Positions 50,835 to 63,542 of a stretch of 64,000 nucleotides of DNA are shown here, piece by piece. Source of the stretch: Escherichia coli. Lineage in GTDB: Bacteria > Pseudomonadota > Gammaproteobacteria > Enterobacterales > Enterobacteriaceae. The stretch lies in NCBI RefSeq assembly GCF_003790525.1, contig NZ_CP033635.1; one strand, 5' to 3'. The notes under the pieces are model-generated. The model was given only the letters and a program-made list of their open reading frames with translations, ran no database searches and was not told the origin of the DNA. Both the position numbers and the translations under genes were made by a program. Position 1 is the first letter of the stretch, and the number at the start of each line of letters is the position of its first letter.

Positions 50835-51920
50835 ATGTTCAAGCGTCGTTATGTAACATTGCTTCCCCTTTTTGTGTTGCTTGCCGCCTGTAGCAGCAAG
50901 CCAAAACCTACTGAGACTGAAACGACCACCGGAACGCCGTCTGGCGGCTTCCTGCTTGAGCCGCAGCACAATGTGATGCAGATGGGCGGTGACTTCGCCA
51001 ATAACCCGAATGCCCAGCAGTTCATCGACAAAATGGTGAACAAACACGGTTTCAATCGTCAGCAGTTGCAGGAAATTCTCTCCCAGGCGAAACGTCTGGA
51101 TTCGGTACTGCGGCTGATGGATAACCAGGCACCAACCACATCGGTGAAACCGCCATCAGGTCCGAACGGCGCATGGCTGCGTTATCGCAAAAAATTTATT
51201 ACGCCGGACAACGTGCAGAATGGTGTGGTTTTCTGGAATCAGTATGAAGATGCGTTGAATCGCGCGTGGCAGGTGTATGGCGTACCGCCGGAAATTATCG
51301 TCGGGATTATCGGCGTTGAAACCCGTTGGGGGCGCGTGATGGGGAAAACCCGTATCCTCGATGCGCTGGCAACGCTGTCATTTAACTACCCACGCCGCGC
51401 GGAATATTTCTCTGGCGAGCTGGAAACCTTCCTGTTAATGGCGCGCGACGAGCAGGACGATCCGCTCAATCTGAAAGGTTCCTTTGCCGGGGCGATGGGC
51501 TACGGACAGTTTATGCCGTCGTCTTACAAACAATATGCGGTAGATTTCAGCGGCGACGGGCATATCAACCTGTGGGATCCGGTTGATGCCATTGGTAGTG
51601 TGGCGAACTATTTCAAAGCGCACGGCTGGGTGAAAGGTGATCAGGTTGCGGTAATGGCAAACGGTCAGGCTCCAGGCTTGCCAAATGGCTTCAAAACCAA
51701 GTACAGCATTTCGCAGCTTGCCGCGGCAGGTTTAACGCCACAGCAGCCGCTGGGCAACCATCAACAAGCCAGCCTGCTGCGTCTGGATGTTGGAACAGGT
51801 TACCAGTACTGGTACGGTCTGCCGAACTTCTACACCATTACCCGTTATAACCACAGCACCCATTACGCAATGGCGGTCTGGCAGTTAGGACAAGCCGTGG
51901 CGCTGGCGCGCGTGCAGTAA
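50835..51920 (+). CDS. mltB: Membrane-bound lytic murein transglycosylase B
   Basis: Start trimmed to MFKRRYVTLLPLFVLLAACS (lipoprotein signal, 361 aa); ORF track start at 50730 is an upstream extension. Confidence 0.92.
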   Translation: MFKRRYVTLLPLFVLLAACSSKPKPTETETTTGTPSGGFLLEPQHNVMQMGGDFANNPNAQQFIDKMVNKHGFNRQQLQEILSQAKRLDSVLRLMDNQAPTTSVKPPSGPNGAWLRYRKKFITPDNVQNGVVFWNQYEDALNRAWQVYGVPPEIIVGIIGVETRWGRVMGKTRILDALATLSFNYPRRAEYFSGELETFLLMARDEQDDPLNLKGSFAGAMGYGQFMPSSYKQYAVDFSGDGHINLWDPVDAIGSVANYFKAHGWVKGDQVAVMANGQAPGLPNGFKTKYSISQLAAAGLTPQQPLGNHQQASLLRLDVGTGYQYWYGLPNFYTITRYNHSTHYAMAVWQLGQAVALARVQ

Positions 51921-52064
51921 CTCTTTGCAAGAGGGGGGCGTGAGCTTCCCTCTGGCTAATCAGCTTTTTTCTGAATCCTCCTCGTAAAATTGCAACGCCA
52001 ACACCATCTTCCTGACGAAAGTGCTATCTTGTCCGGCATAAATTTTTGACTGACAGAGGTTGTG

Positions 52065-52538
52065 ATGACTGACAGTGAACTGATGCAGTTAAGCGAACAG
52101 GTTGGGCAGGCGCTGAAAGCCCGTGGCGCAACCGTAACAACTGCTGAGTCTTGTACCGGTGGTTGGGTAGCGAAAGTGATTACCGATATTGCCGGTAGCT
52201 CCGCCTGGTTTGAACGCGGATTTGTCACCTACAGTAACGAAGCCAAAGCGCAAATGATCGGCGTACGTGAAGAGACGCTGGCGCAGCATGGCGCGGTGAG
52301 TGAACCCGTCGTGGTGGAAATGGCGATAGGCGCACTGAAAGCGGCTCGTGCTGATTATGCCGTGTCTATTAGTGGTATCGCCGGGCCGGATGGCGGCAGT
52401 GAAGAGAAGCCTGTCGGCACCGTCTGGTTTGCTTTTGCCACCGCCCGCGGCGAAGGTATTACCCGCCGGGAATGCTTCAGCGGTGACCGTGATGCGGTGC
52501 GTCGTCAGGCTACTGCGTATGCATTGCAGACCTTGTGA
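52065..52538 (+). CDS. pncC: NMN amidohydrolase PncC (CinA C-terminal domain), apparently 8 codons shorter than the K-12 protein
   Basis: ATG at 52065 (MTDSELMQLSEQ...), 157 aa ending ...ALQTL then TGA; a second in-frame stop 8 codons later at 52560-52562. Confidence 0.88.
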   Translation: MTDSELMQLSEQVGQALKARGATVTTAESCTGGWVAKVITDIAGSSAWFERGFVTYSNEAKAQMIGVREETLAQHGAVSEPVVVEMAIGALKAARADYAVSISGIAGPDGGSEEKPVGTVWFAFATARGEGITRRECFSGDRDAVRRQATAYALQTL

Positions 52539-52558
52539 CAACAATTTCTACAAAACAC

Positions 52559-53703
<1,145 letters not shown>

Positions 53704-53723
53704 TCGTCTTGTTTGATACACAA

Positions 53724-53753
53724 GGGTCGCATCTGCGGCCCTTTTGCTTTTTT
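53724..53753 (+). terminator. Rho-independent terminator/attenuator between recA and recX
   Basis: Hairpin GGGTCGCATCTGCGGCCC followed by TTTTGCTTTTTT. Confidence 0.8.
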
Positions 53754-53771
53754 AAGTTGTAAGGATATGCC

Positions 53772-54272
53772 ATGACAGAATCAACATCCCTTCGCCCGGC
53801 ATATGCTCGCCTGTTGGATCGTGCGGTACGCATTCTGGCGGTGCGCGATCACAGTGAGCAAGAACTGCGACGTAAACTCGCGGCACCGATTATGGGCAAA
53901 AATGGCCCGGAAGAGATTGATGCCACGGCAGAAGATTACGAGCGCGTTATTGCCTGGTGCCATGAACATGGCTATCTTGATGACAGCCGATTTGTTGCGC
54001 GCTTTATCGCCAGCCGTAGCCGCAAAGGTTATGGACCTGCGCGTATTCGTCAGGAACTGAATCAGAAAGGTATTTCCCGCGAAGCGACAGAAAAAGCGAT
54101 GCGTGAATGTGACATCGACTGGTGCGCACTGGCGCGCGATCAGGCGACGCGAAAATATGGCGAACCTTTGCCAACTGTCTTTTCAGAAAAAGTTAAGATC
54201 CAGCGTTTTCTGCTCTATCGTGGCTATCTGATGGAAGATATCCAGGATATTTGGCGAAATTTTGCCGACTGA
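53772..54272 (+). CDS. recX: RecA regulator RecX
   Basis: 166-aa ORF, recognised RecX. Confidence 0.93.
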   Translation: MTESTSLRPAYARLLDRAVRILAVRDHSEQELRRKLAAPIMGKNGPEEIDATAEDYERVIAWCHEHGYLDDSRFVARFIASRSRKGYGPARIRQELNQKGISREATEKAMRECDIDWCALARDQATRKYGEPLPTVFSEKVKIQRFLLYRGYLMEDIQDIWRNFAD

Positions 54273-54400
54273 ACGCATACGGTATTTTACTTCCCAGTCA
54301 AGAAAACTTATCTTATTCCCACTTTTCAGTTACCAGCCGGGCGGTTAACGACACGCAACGGCTGGTGGCGATATTTCGTTAGCTTGATTTCAGGATAATT

Positions 54401-57031
54401 ATGAGCAAGAGCACCGCTGAGATCCGTCAGGCGTTTCTCGACTTTTTCCATAGTAAGGGACATCAGGTAGTTGCCAGCAGCTCCCTGGTACCCCATAACG
54501 ACCCAACTTTGTTGTTTACCAACGCCGGGATGAACCAGTTCAAGGATGTGTTCCTTGGGCTCGACAAGCGTAATTATTCCCGCGCTACCACTTCCCAACG
54601 CTGCGTGCGTGCGGGTGGTAAACACAACGACCTGGAAAACGTCGGTTACACCGCGCGTCACCATACCTTCTTCGAAATGCTGGGCAACTTCAGCTTCGGC
54701 GACTATTTCAAACACGATGCCATTCAGTTTGCATGGGAACTGCTGACCAGCGAAAAATGGTTTGCCCTGCCGAAAGAGCGTCTGTGGGTTACCGTCTATG
54801 AAAGCGACGACGAAGCCTACGAAATCTGGGAAAAAGAAGTAGGGATCCCGCGCGAACGTATTATTCGCATCGGCGATAACAAAGGTGCGCCATACGCATC
54901 TGACAACTTCTGGCAGATGGGTGACACTGGTCCGTGCGGCCCGTGCACCGAAATCTTCTACGATCACGGCGACCACATTTGGGGTGGCCCTCCGGGAAGT
55001 CCGGAAGAAGACGGCGACCGCTACATTGAGATCTGGAACATCGTCTTCATGCAGTTCAACCGCCAGGCCGATGGCACGATGGAACCGCTGCCGAAGCCGT
55101 CTGTAGATACCGGTATGGGTCTGGAGCGTATTGCTGCGGTGCTGCAACACGTTAACTCTAACTATGACATCGACTTGTTCCGCACGCTGATCCAGGCGGT
55201 AGCGAAAGTCACTGGCGCAACCGATCTGAGCAATAAATCGCTGCGCGTAATCGCTGACCACATTCGTTCTTGTGCGTTCCTGATCGCGGATGGCGTAATG
55301 CCGTCCAACGAAAACCGTGGTTATGTACTGCGTCGTATCATTCGTCGCGCAGTGCGTCACGGTAATATGCTCGGCGCGAAAGAAACCTTTTTCTACAAAC
55401 TGGTTGGTCCGCTGATCGACGTTATGGGCTCTGCGGGTGAAGACCTGAAACGCCAGCAGGCGCAGGTTGAGCAGGTGCTGAAGACTGAAGAAGAGCAGTT
55501 TGCTCGTACTCTGGAGCGCGGTCTGGCGTTGCTGGATGAAGAGCTGGCAAAACTTTCTGGTGATACGCTGGATGGTGAAACTGCTTTCCGTCTGTACGAC
55601 ACCTATGGCTTCCCGGTTGACCTGACGGCTGATGTTTGTCGTGAGCGCAACATCAAAGTTGACGAAGCTGGATTTGAAGCAGCAATGGAAGAGCAGCGTC
55701 GTCGTGCGCGCGAAGCCAGCGGCTTTGGTGCCGATTACAACGCAATGATCCGTGTTGACAGTGCATCTGAATTTAAAGGCTATGACCATCTGGAACTGAA
55801 CGGCAAAGTGACCGCGCTGTTTGTTGATGGTAAAGCGGTTGATGCCATCAATGCAGGCCAGGAAGCTGTGGTCGTGCTGGATCAAACGCCATTCTATGCG
55901 GAATCCGGCGGTCAGGTTGGTGATAAAGGCGAACTGAAAGGCGCTAACTTCTCCTTTGCGGTGGAAGATACTCAGAAATACGGCCAGGCGATTGGTCACA
56001 TCGGTAAACTTGCTACGGGTTCTCTGAAAGTGGGCGACGCGGTGCAGGCTGATGTTGATGAGGCTCGTCGCGCCCGTATTCGTCTGAATCACTCCGCAAC
56101 GCACCTGATGCACGCTGCGCTGCGCCAGGTTCTGGGTACTCATGTATCGCAGAAAGGTTCACTGGTTAACGACAAAGTGCTGCGCTTCGACTTCTCACAC
56201 AACGAAGCGATGAAACCAGAAGAGATTCGTGCGGTCGAAGACCTGGTGAACGCACAGATTCGCCGTAACTTGCCGATCGAAACCAACATCATGGATCTCG
56301 AAGCGGCGAAAGCGAAAGGTGCGATGGCGCTGTTTGGCGAGAAGTATGATGAGCGCGTACGCGTGCTGAGCATGGGTGATTTCTCCACCGAGTTGTGTGG
56401 CGGTACTCACGCCAGCCGCACTGGTGATATTGGTCTGTTCCGCATCATCTCTGAATCGGGTACTGCTGCAGGCGTTCGTCGTATCGAAGCGGTAACCGGA
56501 GAAGGCGCTATCGCCACCGTTCATGCAGACAGTGATCGCTTAAGCGAAGTCGCGCATCTGCTGAAAGGCGATAGCAATAATCTGGCTGATAAAGTGCGTT
56601 CAGTACTGGAACGTACGCGTCAGTTGGAAAAAGAGTTACAACAGCTTAAAGAACAAGCTGCCGCACAGGAGAGCGCAAATCTTTCCAGTAAGGCAATTGA
56701 TGTTAATGGTGTTAAGCTGTTGGTTAGCGAGCTTAGCGGTGTTGAGCCGAAAATGTTGCGTACCATGGTTGACGATTTAAAAAATCAGCTGGGGTCGACA
56801 ATTATCGTGCTGGCAACGGTAGCCGAAGGTAAGGTTTCTCTGATTGCAGGCGTATCTAAGGACGTCACAGATCGTGTGAAAGCAGGGGAGCTGATTGGTA
56901 TGGTCGCTCAGCAGGTGGGCGGCAAGGGTGGTGGACGTCCTGACATGGCGCAAGCCGGTGGTACGGATGCTGCGGCCTTACCTGCAGCGTTAGCCAGTGT
57001 GAAAGGCTGGGTCAGCGCGAAATTGCAATAA
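54401..57031 (+). CDS. alaS: Alanine--tRNA ligase
   Basis: 876-aa ORF, N-terminus [16 protein letters not shown]; recognised AlaRS. Confidence 0.97.
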   Translation: MSKSTAEIRQAFLDFFHSKGHQVVASSSLVPHNDPTLLFTNAGMNQFKDVFLGLDKRNYSRATTSQRCVRAGGKHNDLENVGYTARHHTFFEMLGNFSFGDYFKHDAIQFAWELLTSEKWFALPKERLWVTVYESDDEAYEIWEKEVGIPRERIIRIGDNKGAPYASDNFWQMGDTGPCGPCTEIFYDHGDHIWGGPPGSPEEDGDRYIEIWNIVFMQFNRQADGTMEPLPKPSVDTGMGLERIAAVLQHVNSNYDIDLFRTLIQAVAKVTGATDLSNKSLRVIADHIRSCAFLIADGVMPSNENRGYVLRRIIRRAVRHGNMLGAKETFFYKLVGPLIDVMGSAGEDLKRQQAQVEQVLKTEEEQFARTLERGLALLDEELAKLSGDTLDGETAFRLYDTYGFPVDLTADVCRERNIKVDEAGFEAAMEEQRRRAREASGFGADYNAMIRVDSASEFKGYDHLELNGKVTALFVDGKAVDAINAGQEAVVVLDQTPFYAESGGQVGDKGELKGANFSFAVEDTQKYGQAIGHIGKLATGSLKVGDAVQADVDEARRARIRLNHSATHLMHAALRQVLGTHVSQKGSLVNDKVLRFDFSHNEAMKPEEIRAVEDLVNAQIRRNLPIETNIMDLEAAKAKGAMALFGEKYDERVRVLSMGDFSTELCGGTHASRTGDIGLFRIISESGTAAGVRRIEAVTGEGAIATVHADSDRLSEVAHLLKGDSNNLADKVRSVLERTRQLEKELQQLKEQAAAQESANLSSKAIDVNGVKLLVSELSGVEPKMLRTMVDDLKNQLGSTIIVLATVAEGKVSLIAGVSKDVTDRVKAGELIGMVAQQVGGKGGGRPDMAQAGGTDAAALPAALASVKGWVSAKLQ

Positions 57032-57265
57032 TATAAGCGTCAGGCAATGCCGTGGACTCGCTTCACGGCATTCGCATTAACGCTATCGACAACGATAAAG
57101 TCAGGTTGAAGTTGTGTATATCGGCTAAACTTAGGTTTAACAGAATGTAATGCCATGACTGCTTAGATGTAATGTGTTTGTCATTGCTTACTTTTTGGCG
57201 TTATATGATGGATAATGCCGGGATACAGAGAGACCCGACTCTTTTAATCTTTCAAGGAGCAAAGA

Positions 57266-57451
57266 ATGCTGATTCTGACTCGTCGAGTTGGTGAGACCCT
57301 CATGATTGGGGATGAGGTCACCGTGACAGTTTTAGGGGTAAAGGGCAACCAGGTACGTATTGGCGTAAATGCCCCGAAGGAAGTTTCTGTTCACCGTGAA
57401 GAGATCTACCAGCGTATCCAGGCTGAAAAATCCCAGCAGTCCAGTTACTAA
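57266..57451 (+). CDS. csrA: Carbon storage regulator CsrA
   Basis: 61-aa [64 protein letters not shown]. Confidence 0.98.
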
Positions 57452-57676
57452 TCTTTCCGCGTCTCATCTTTATCGGTGAGACGCACCCTCAAAATTTCTC
57501 TTTCACTCCATTGTCTTTTCGCTTTACTCCCGTTCATTCAACTTAAGTCTCCATTTTTTTGCATTACTGCTATCTGTCAGACCTCCGTTTTTCTGTTGAT
57601 AAAACACTCTTTTTGACGTTTTTACAGACTAATTGAGCGTGAAGTGTGCAAACGATAAAAGTGTGGGAAAAATTGT

Positions 57677-57704
57677 TTGACTTATAAGTCTCAGAAAGTA
57701 ATAT
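57677..57704 (+). promoter_or_regulatory. Candidate sigma-70 promoter of the tRNA-Ser/tRNA-Arg operon
   Basis: -35 TTGACT, 16-bp spacer, -10 TAATAT, then GC-rich discriminator GTGCGCC typical of stable-RNA promoters. Confidence 0.55.
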
Positions 57705-57766
57705 GTGCGCCACGCAGCGACGATGAGCGATAAACAAGTTCTTCGAAGCACTCGTAAGAGGCGTGT

Positions 57767-57859
57767 GGTGAGGTGGCCGAGAGGCTGAAGGCGCTCCCCT
57801 GCTAAGGGAGTATGCGGTCAAAAGCTGCATCCGGGGTTCGAATCCCCGCCTCACCGCCA
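57767..57859 (+). tRNA. serV: tRNA-Ser (anticodon GCU)
   Basis: 93-nt sequence GGTGAGGTGGCCGAGAGGCTGAAGGCGCTCCCCTGCTAAGGGAG...CGCCTCACCGCCA with long variable arm and encoded CCA. Confidence 0.95.
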
Positions 57860-57862
57860 TTT

Positions 57863-57939
57863 GCATCCGTAGCTCAGCTGGATAGAGTACTCGGCTACGA
57901 ACCGAGCGGTCGGAGGTTCGAATCCTCCCGGATGCACCA
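57863..57939 (+). tRNA. tRNA-Arg (anticodon ACG), copy 1
   Basis: 77-nt GCATCCGTAGCTCAGCTGGATAGAGTACTCGGCTACGAACCGAGCGGTCGGAGGTTCGAATCCTCCCGGATGCACCA. Confidence 0.95.
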
Positions 57940-58003
57940 TCTCTTACTTGATACGGCTTTAGTAGCGGTATCAAAAAATCTGCAGTAAAGTAAGTTTCCC
58001 GAT

Positions 58004-58080
58004 GCATCCGTAGCTCAGCTGGATAGAGTACTCGGCTACGAACCGAGCGGTCGGAGGTTCGAATCCTCCCGGATGCACCA
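58004..58080 (+). tRNA. tRNA-Arg (anticodon ACG), copy 2
   Basis: Identical 77-nt sequence. Confidence 0.95.
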
Positions 58081-58142
58081 TCTCTTACTTGATATAGCTT
58101 TAGTGGCGGTATCAATATCAGCAGTAAAATAAATTTCCCGAT

Positions 58143-58219
58143 GCATCCGTAGCTCAGCTGGATAGAGTACTCGGCTACGAACCGAGCGGTCGGAGGTTCG
58201 AATCCTCCCGGATGCACCA
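58143..58219 (+). tRNA. tRNA-Arg (anticodon ACG), copy 3
   Basis: Identical 77-nt sequence. Confidence 0.95.
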
Positions 58220-58282
58220 TCTCTTACTTGATATGGCTTTAGTAGCGGTATCAATATCAGCAATAAAATAAATTTTCCCGAT

Positions 58283-58359
58283 GCATCCGTAGCTCAGCTG
58301 GATAGAGTACTCGGCTACGAACCGAGCGGTCGGAGGTTCGAATCCTCCCGGATGCACCA
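58283..58359 (+). tRNA. tRNA-Arg (anticodon ACG), copy 4
   Basis: Identical 77-nt sequence. Confidence 0.95.
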
Positions 58360-58473
58360 TCTTCTCCGTAATCTTCAGCAATGAAGATATCGAAGAGGTA
58401 GCGGTATTAACCGCAGGCACCAGGGAGGATAACGCCGGCCAGCAACGGCCCGAAGGGCGAACGCCAGTGAGTC

Positions 58474-58499
58474 ATCCTCCCGGATGCACCATCTTCTCC
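58474..58499 (+). repeat. Direct repeat of the tRNA-Arg 3' end (18 nt) plus 8 nt of downstream flank
   Basis: ATCCTCCCGGATGCACCATCTTCTCC repeats the sequence at 58342-58367 (end of tRNA-Arg copy 4 and its 3' flank). Confidence 0.85.
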
Positions 58500-58638
58500 A
58501 AAAAATTTCCTTCAAAAATATCTCATTTCTAAATAACTACTTTATCCATTTCCTGAATTTTCTTCTCCTTCGCCATCAGCGACAAAATCAAGCAATTACG
58601 CTAAAGTAGCGTCATATTTTTCGACTTGCGAGAAGACC

Positions 58639-59205
58639 ATGTACGAGCGTTATGCAGGTTTAATTTTTGATATGGATGGCACCATCCTGGATACCGAGCC
58701 TACGCACCGTAAAGCGTGGCGCGAAGTATTAGGGCACTACGGTCTTCAGTACGATGTTCAGGCGATGATTGCGCTTAATGGCTCGCCCACCTGGCGTATT
58801 GCTCAGGCAATTATTGAGCTGAATCAGGCCGATCTCGACCCGCATGCGTTAGCGCGTGAAAAAACAGAAGCAGTAAGAAGTATGCTGCTGGATAGTGTCG
58901 AGCCGCTTCCTCTTGTTGAAGTGGTGAAAAGTTGGCATGGTCGTCGCCCAATGGCTGTAGGAACGGGGAGTGAAAGCGCCATCGCTGAGGCATTGCTGGC
59001 GCACCTGGGATTACGCCGTTATTTTGACGCCGTCGTCGCTGCCGATCACGTCAAACACCATAAACCCGCGCCAGACACATTTTTGTTGTGCGCGCAGCGT
59101 ATGGGCGTGCAACCGACACAGTGTGTGGTCTTTGAAGATGCCGATTTCGGTATTCAGGCGGCCCGTGCAGCAGGCATGGACGCTGTGGATGTTCGCTTGC
59201 TGTGA
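58639..59205 (+). CDS. yqaB: HAD-family sugar phosphatase YqaB
   Basis: 188-aa ORF with HAD motif I FDMDGT; recognised YqaB. Confidence 0.92.
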   Translation: MYERYAGLIFDMDGTILDTEPTHRKAWREVLGHYGLQYDVQAMIALNGSPTWRIAQAIIELNQADLDPHALAREKTEAVRSMLLDSVEPLPLVEVVKSWHGRRPMAVGTGSESAIAEALLAHLGLRRYFDAVVAADHVKHHKPAPDTFLLCAQRMGVQPTQCVVFEDADFGIQAARAAGMDAVDVRLL

Positions 59206-59630
59206 GTGAAGCGTTATCGCTTTTCTCGTTGTTTGCCAGTAGTTTTCTCAGCGCTACACTATTACCCGGCAACTCCGAAGTCGTGCTGGTGGCAATGTTG
59301 CTTTCCGGGATCAGTCATCCCTGGGTTTTAGTTTTAACAGCAACAATGGGTAATAGCCTTGGAGGGTTAACTAACGTTATCCTTGGGCGTTTCTTTCCAT
59401 TGCGTAAAACATCGCGCTGGCAAGAGAAAGCTACCGGCTGGCTGAAACGCTATGGTGCAGTCACGCTATTATTAAGCTGGATGCCCGTGGTTGGCGATTT
59501 ACTGTGTCTGTTAGCGGGATGGATGCGCATCTCGTGGGGACCGGTAATCTTTTTTTTGTGCCTTGGTAAAGCGTTACGCTATGTTGCAGTTGCAGCAGCT
59601 ACCGTTCAGGGCATGATGTGGTGGCACTAA
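59202..59630 (+). CDS. yqaA: DedA/SNARE-associated family inner membrane protein YqaA
   Basis: 142-aa membrane ORF overlapping the yqaB stop. Confidence 0.9.
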   Translation: MSEALSLFSLFASSFLSATLLPGNSEVVLVAMLLSGISHPWVLVLTATMGNSLGGLTNVILGRFFPLRKTSRWQEKATGWLKRYGAVTLLLSWMPVVGDLLCLLAGWMRISWGPVIFFLCLGKALRYVAVAAATVQGMMWWH

Positions 59631-59675
59631 TTGTAGGCCTGCACATATGGTCACCATTACAGTTATGCTAATTAA

Positions 59676-61259
<1,584 letters not shown>

Positions 61260-61264
61260 CAGAA

Positions 61265-61340
61265 AAGAAAAAGGCCACTCGTGAGTGGCCAAAATTTCAT
61301 CTCTGAATTCAGGGATGATGATAACAAATGCGCGTCTTTC
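61265..61340 (-). ncRNA. micA: Small regulatory RNA MicA (SraD)
   Basis: Minus-strand reading GAAAGACGCGCATTTGTTATCATCATCCCTGAATTCAGAGATGAAATTTTGGCCACTCACGAGTGGCCTTTTT matches MicA including its terminator hairpin; divergent from luxS. Confidence 0.92.
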
Positions 61341-61408
61341 ATATACTCAGACTCGCCTGGGAAGAAAGAGTTCAGAAAATTTTTAAAAAAATTACCGGAG
61401 GTGGCTAA

Positions 61409-61924
61409 ATGCCGTTGTTAGATAGCTTCACAGTCGATCATACCCGGATGGAAGCGCCTGCAGTTCGGGTGGCGAAAACAATGAACACCCCGCATGGCGA
61501 CGCAATCACCGTGTTCGATCTGCGCTTCTGCGTGCCGAACAAAGAAGTGATGCCAGAAAGAGGGATCCATACCCTGGAGCACCTGTTTGCTGGTTTTATG
61601 CGTAACCATCTTAACGGTAATGGCGTAGAGATTATCGATATCTCGCCAATGGGCTGCCGCACCGGTTTTTATATGAGTCTGATTGGTACGCCAGATGAGC
61701 AGCGTGTCGCTGATGCCTGGAAAGCGGCAATGGAAGACGTGCTGAAAGTGCAGGATCAGAATCAGATCCCGGAACTGAACGTCTACCAGTGTGGCACTTA
61801 CCAGATGCACTCGTTGCAGGAAGCGCAGGATATTGCGCGTAACATTCTGGAACGTGACGTGCGCATCAACAGCAACGAAGAACTGGCGCTGCCGAAAGAG
61901 AAGTTGCAGGAACTGCACATCTAG
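61409..61924 (+). CDS. luxS: S-ribosylhomocysteine lyase (AI-2 synthase)
   Basis: 171-aa ORF, N-terminus [14 protein letters not shown], metal-binding HTLEH motif. Confidence 0.97.
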   Translation: MPLLDSFTVDHTRMEAPAVRVAKTMNTPHGDAITVFDLRFCVPNKEVMPERGIHTLEHLFAGFMRNHLNGNGVEIIDISPMGCRTGFYMSLIGTPDEQRVADAWKAAMEDVLKVQDQNQIPELNVYQCGTYQMHSLQEAQDIARNILERDVRINSNEELALPKEKLQELHI

Positions 61925-61950
61925 TCAGTAAACTATCTTCACAATTAATT

Positions 61951-61985
61951 GAAAAAAGCCAGTTCAAATGAACTGGCTTAGTTGT
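61951..61985. terminator. Bidirectional terminator between convergent luxS and emrB
   Basis: Hairpin AAGCCAGTTCAAATGAACTGGCTT preceded by an A-run (T-run on the minus strand). Confidence 0.7.
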
Positions 61986-61987
61986 AC

Positions 61988-63526
61988 TTAGTGCGCACCG
62001 CCTCCGCCGCCACCTGCGCCAAATGGCGGTTTAGCAAACCACACCAGCCCCAGCAAGACGAGGAATATCCCGGCTGACATCCAGAAGATCTCATTGGCGG
62101 AAATAATCAGCCCCTGATTGGTGATCTGCTGGGCAATCCAGCCTGATGCCTGCTGTTGCGTCATCCCAAGCCCTTCCAGTTGACTGTACATCGCCTGGGC
62201 ATTCGGGTTGAACGGGTTTACCGACTCAGTCAACTGCGCATGGTGCAGCGACTCGCGGTTGGTCCACATAGTCGTGGTTATCGATGTGCCGATAGACCCC
62301 GCCAGCGTTCGCGTAAAGTTGGAGAGGCTCGATGCTGCCGCCAGTCGTTCCGGTGGCAAACCGGACAGCGTAATGGTGGTTAGCGGCATAAAGAAGCAGG
62401 CCACCGCAAAACCCTGGATAAACTGCGGCCAGGCCGACGCGCCAAAATCCATACCCGGTTCAAAGGTATAGGCACGCCAGTAGAAGCAGACGGCATACAT
62501 AATAAAGCTGAAGGTTACCAGTCGGCGCATATCCAGTTTATGCGCGAAGCGGCCGATAATCGGCGACAGGATCACCGGAATAATCCCTACCGGTGCAGAG
62601 GCCAGCCCTGCCCACGTCGCCGTGTAACCGTAGACCTCCTGCAACAACTGCGGCAGCAGAACAATCGCGCCGAAGTAGAGCATATACGCGAGGCTGATAC
62701 ACAAGCAGCCGATGGTGAAGTTGCGCGACTTAAACAACGACAGATCGACTATCGGGTTATCGTCGGTCAGCTCCCAGACAATCAGGAAGCAGATAGCCAC
62801 CACCGCCACCACGGTGAGGATGATAATTTCCTGTGATGAGAACCAGTCCAGCTCTTTACCGCGGTCGAGCATAATCTGCAGGCTGCCGATACCAATAACC
62901 AGCAGTGCCAGCCCCACGGCATCAATCCGCCGCCGTTCGGTGCGGGTTTCACGTCCGCGCAGAGTTTGCAGTGTCATCAACACCACCGCCACGCCAATCG
63001 GCACGTTGATGAAGAATATCCAGCCCCAGTGGTAATTATCACTGATATAACCGCCGAGGATCGGACCGCAAATTGGCGCAACAATCACCGTCATCGACCA
63101 CAACGCCAGCGCGATCGAGCGTTTGGCTGGCGGGTAGTTATTCAGCAATAGACTTTGCGAAAGCGGGATCAGCGGCCCGGCGACAATCCCCTGAATCACG
63201 CGGAAGAAGATCAGCATATTCAGGCTGCTGGAGACACCACACGCCCACGACGCAATAGCAAAGGCGATGGTTGACCAGAGGAACAATTTCACTTCCCCGA
63301 CGCGCTTTGCCAGCCAGCCGGTAAGCGGGATCGAGATGGCATTCGCCACCCCGAAAGAAGTGATTACCCACGTTCCCTGGCTGAGCGATGAGCCCAGATT
63401 CCCGGCGATAGTGGGGATCGCCACGTTAGCAATGGTGGAGTCCAGCACCTGCATGAATGTCGCCAGTGACAGCGCAATCGTCATAATGACCAGTTGCGCG
63501 CCTTCCAGCGGTTTTTGCTGTTGCAT
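61988..63526 (-). CDS. emrB: Multidrug efflux MFS transporter EmrB
   Basis: Start trimmed to MQQQKPLEGAQL (512 aa); 14-TM MFS with glycine-rich C-terminus. Confidence 0.95.
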   Translation of the reverse strand: MQQQKPLEGAQLVIMTIALSLATFMQVLDSTIANVAIPTIAGNLGSSLSQGTWVITSFGVANAISIPLTGWLAKRVGEVKLFLWSTIAFAIASWACGVSSSLNMLIFFRVIQGIVAGPLIPLSQSLLLNNYPPAKRSIALALWSMTVIVAPICGPILGGYISDNYHWGWIFFINVPIGVAVVLMTLQTLRGRETRTERRRIDAVGLALLVIGIGSLQIMLDRGKELDWFSSQEIIILTVVAVVAICFLIVWELTDDNPIVDLSLFKSRNFTIGCLCISLAYMLYFGAIVLLPQLLQEVYGYTATWAGLASAPVGIIPVILSPIIGRFAHKLDMRRLVTFSFIMYAVCFYWRAYTFEPGMDFGASAWPQFIQGFAVACFFMPLTTITLSGLPPERLAAASSLSNFTRTLAGSIGTSITTTMWTNRESLHHAQLTESVNPFNPNAQAMYSQLEGLGMTQQQASGWIAQQITNQGLIISANEIFWMSAGIFLVLLGLVWFAKPPFGAGGGGGGAH

Positions 63527-63542
63527 CACACGCACCTCTGGA

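Noticed and set aside
57570-58420. Minus-strand ORFs (216, 75 and 81 aa) with repeated [24 protein letters not shown] peptides
   Set aside because: They are read across the tandem tRNA-Arg genes; the repeated peptide is the translated reverse complement of the tRNA.
61273-61290. MicA terminator hairpin acting as the gshA terminator on the plus strand
   Set aside because: On the plus strand the hairpin is followed by AAAATTTCAT, not a T-tract; the structure is explained by MicA on the minus strand.
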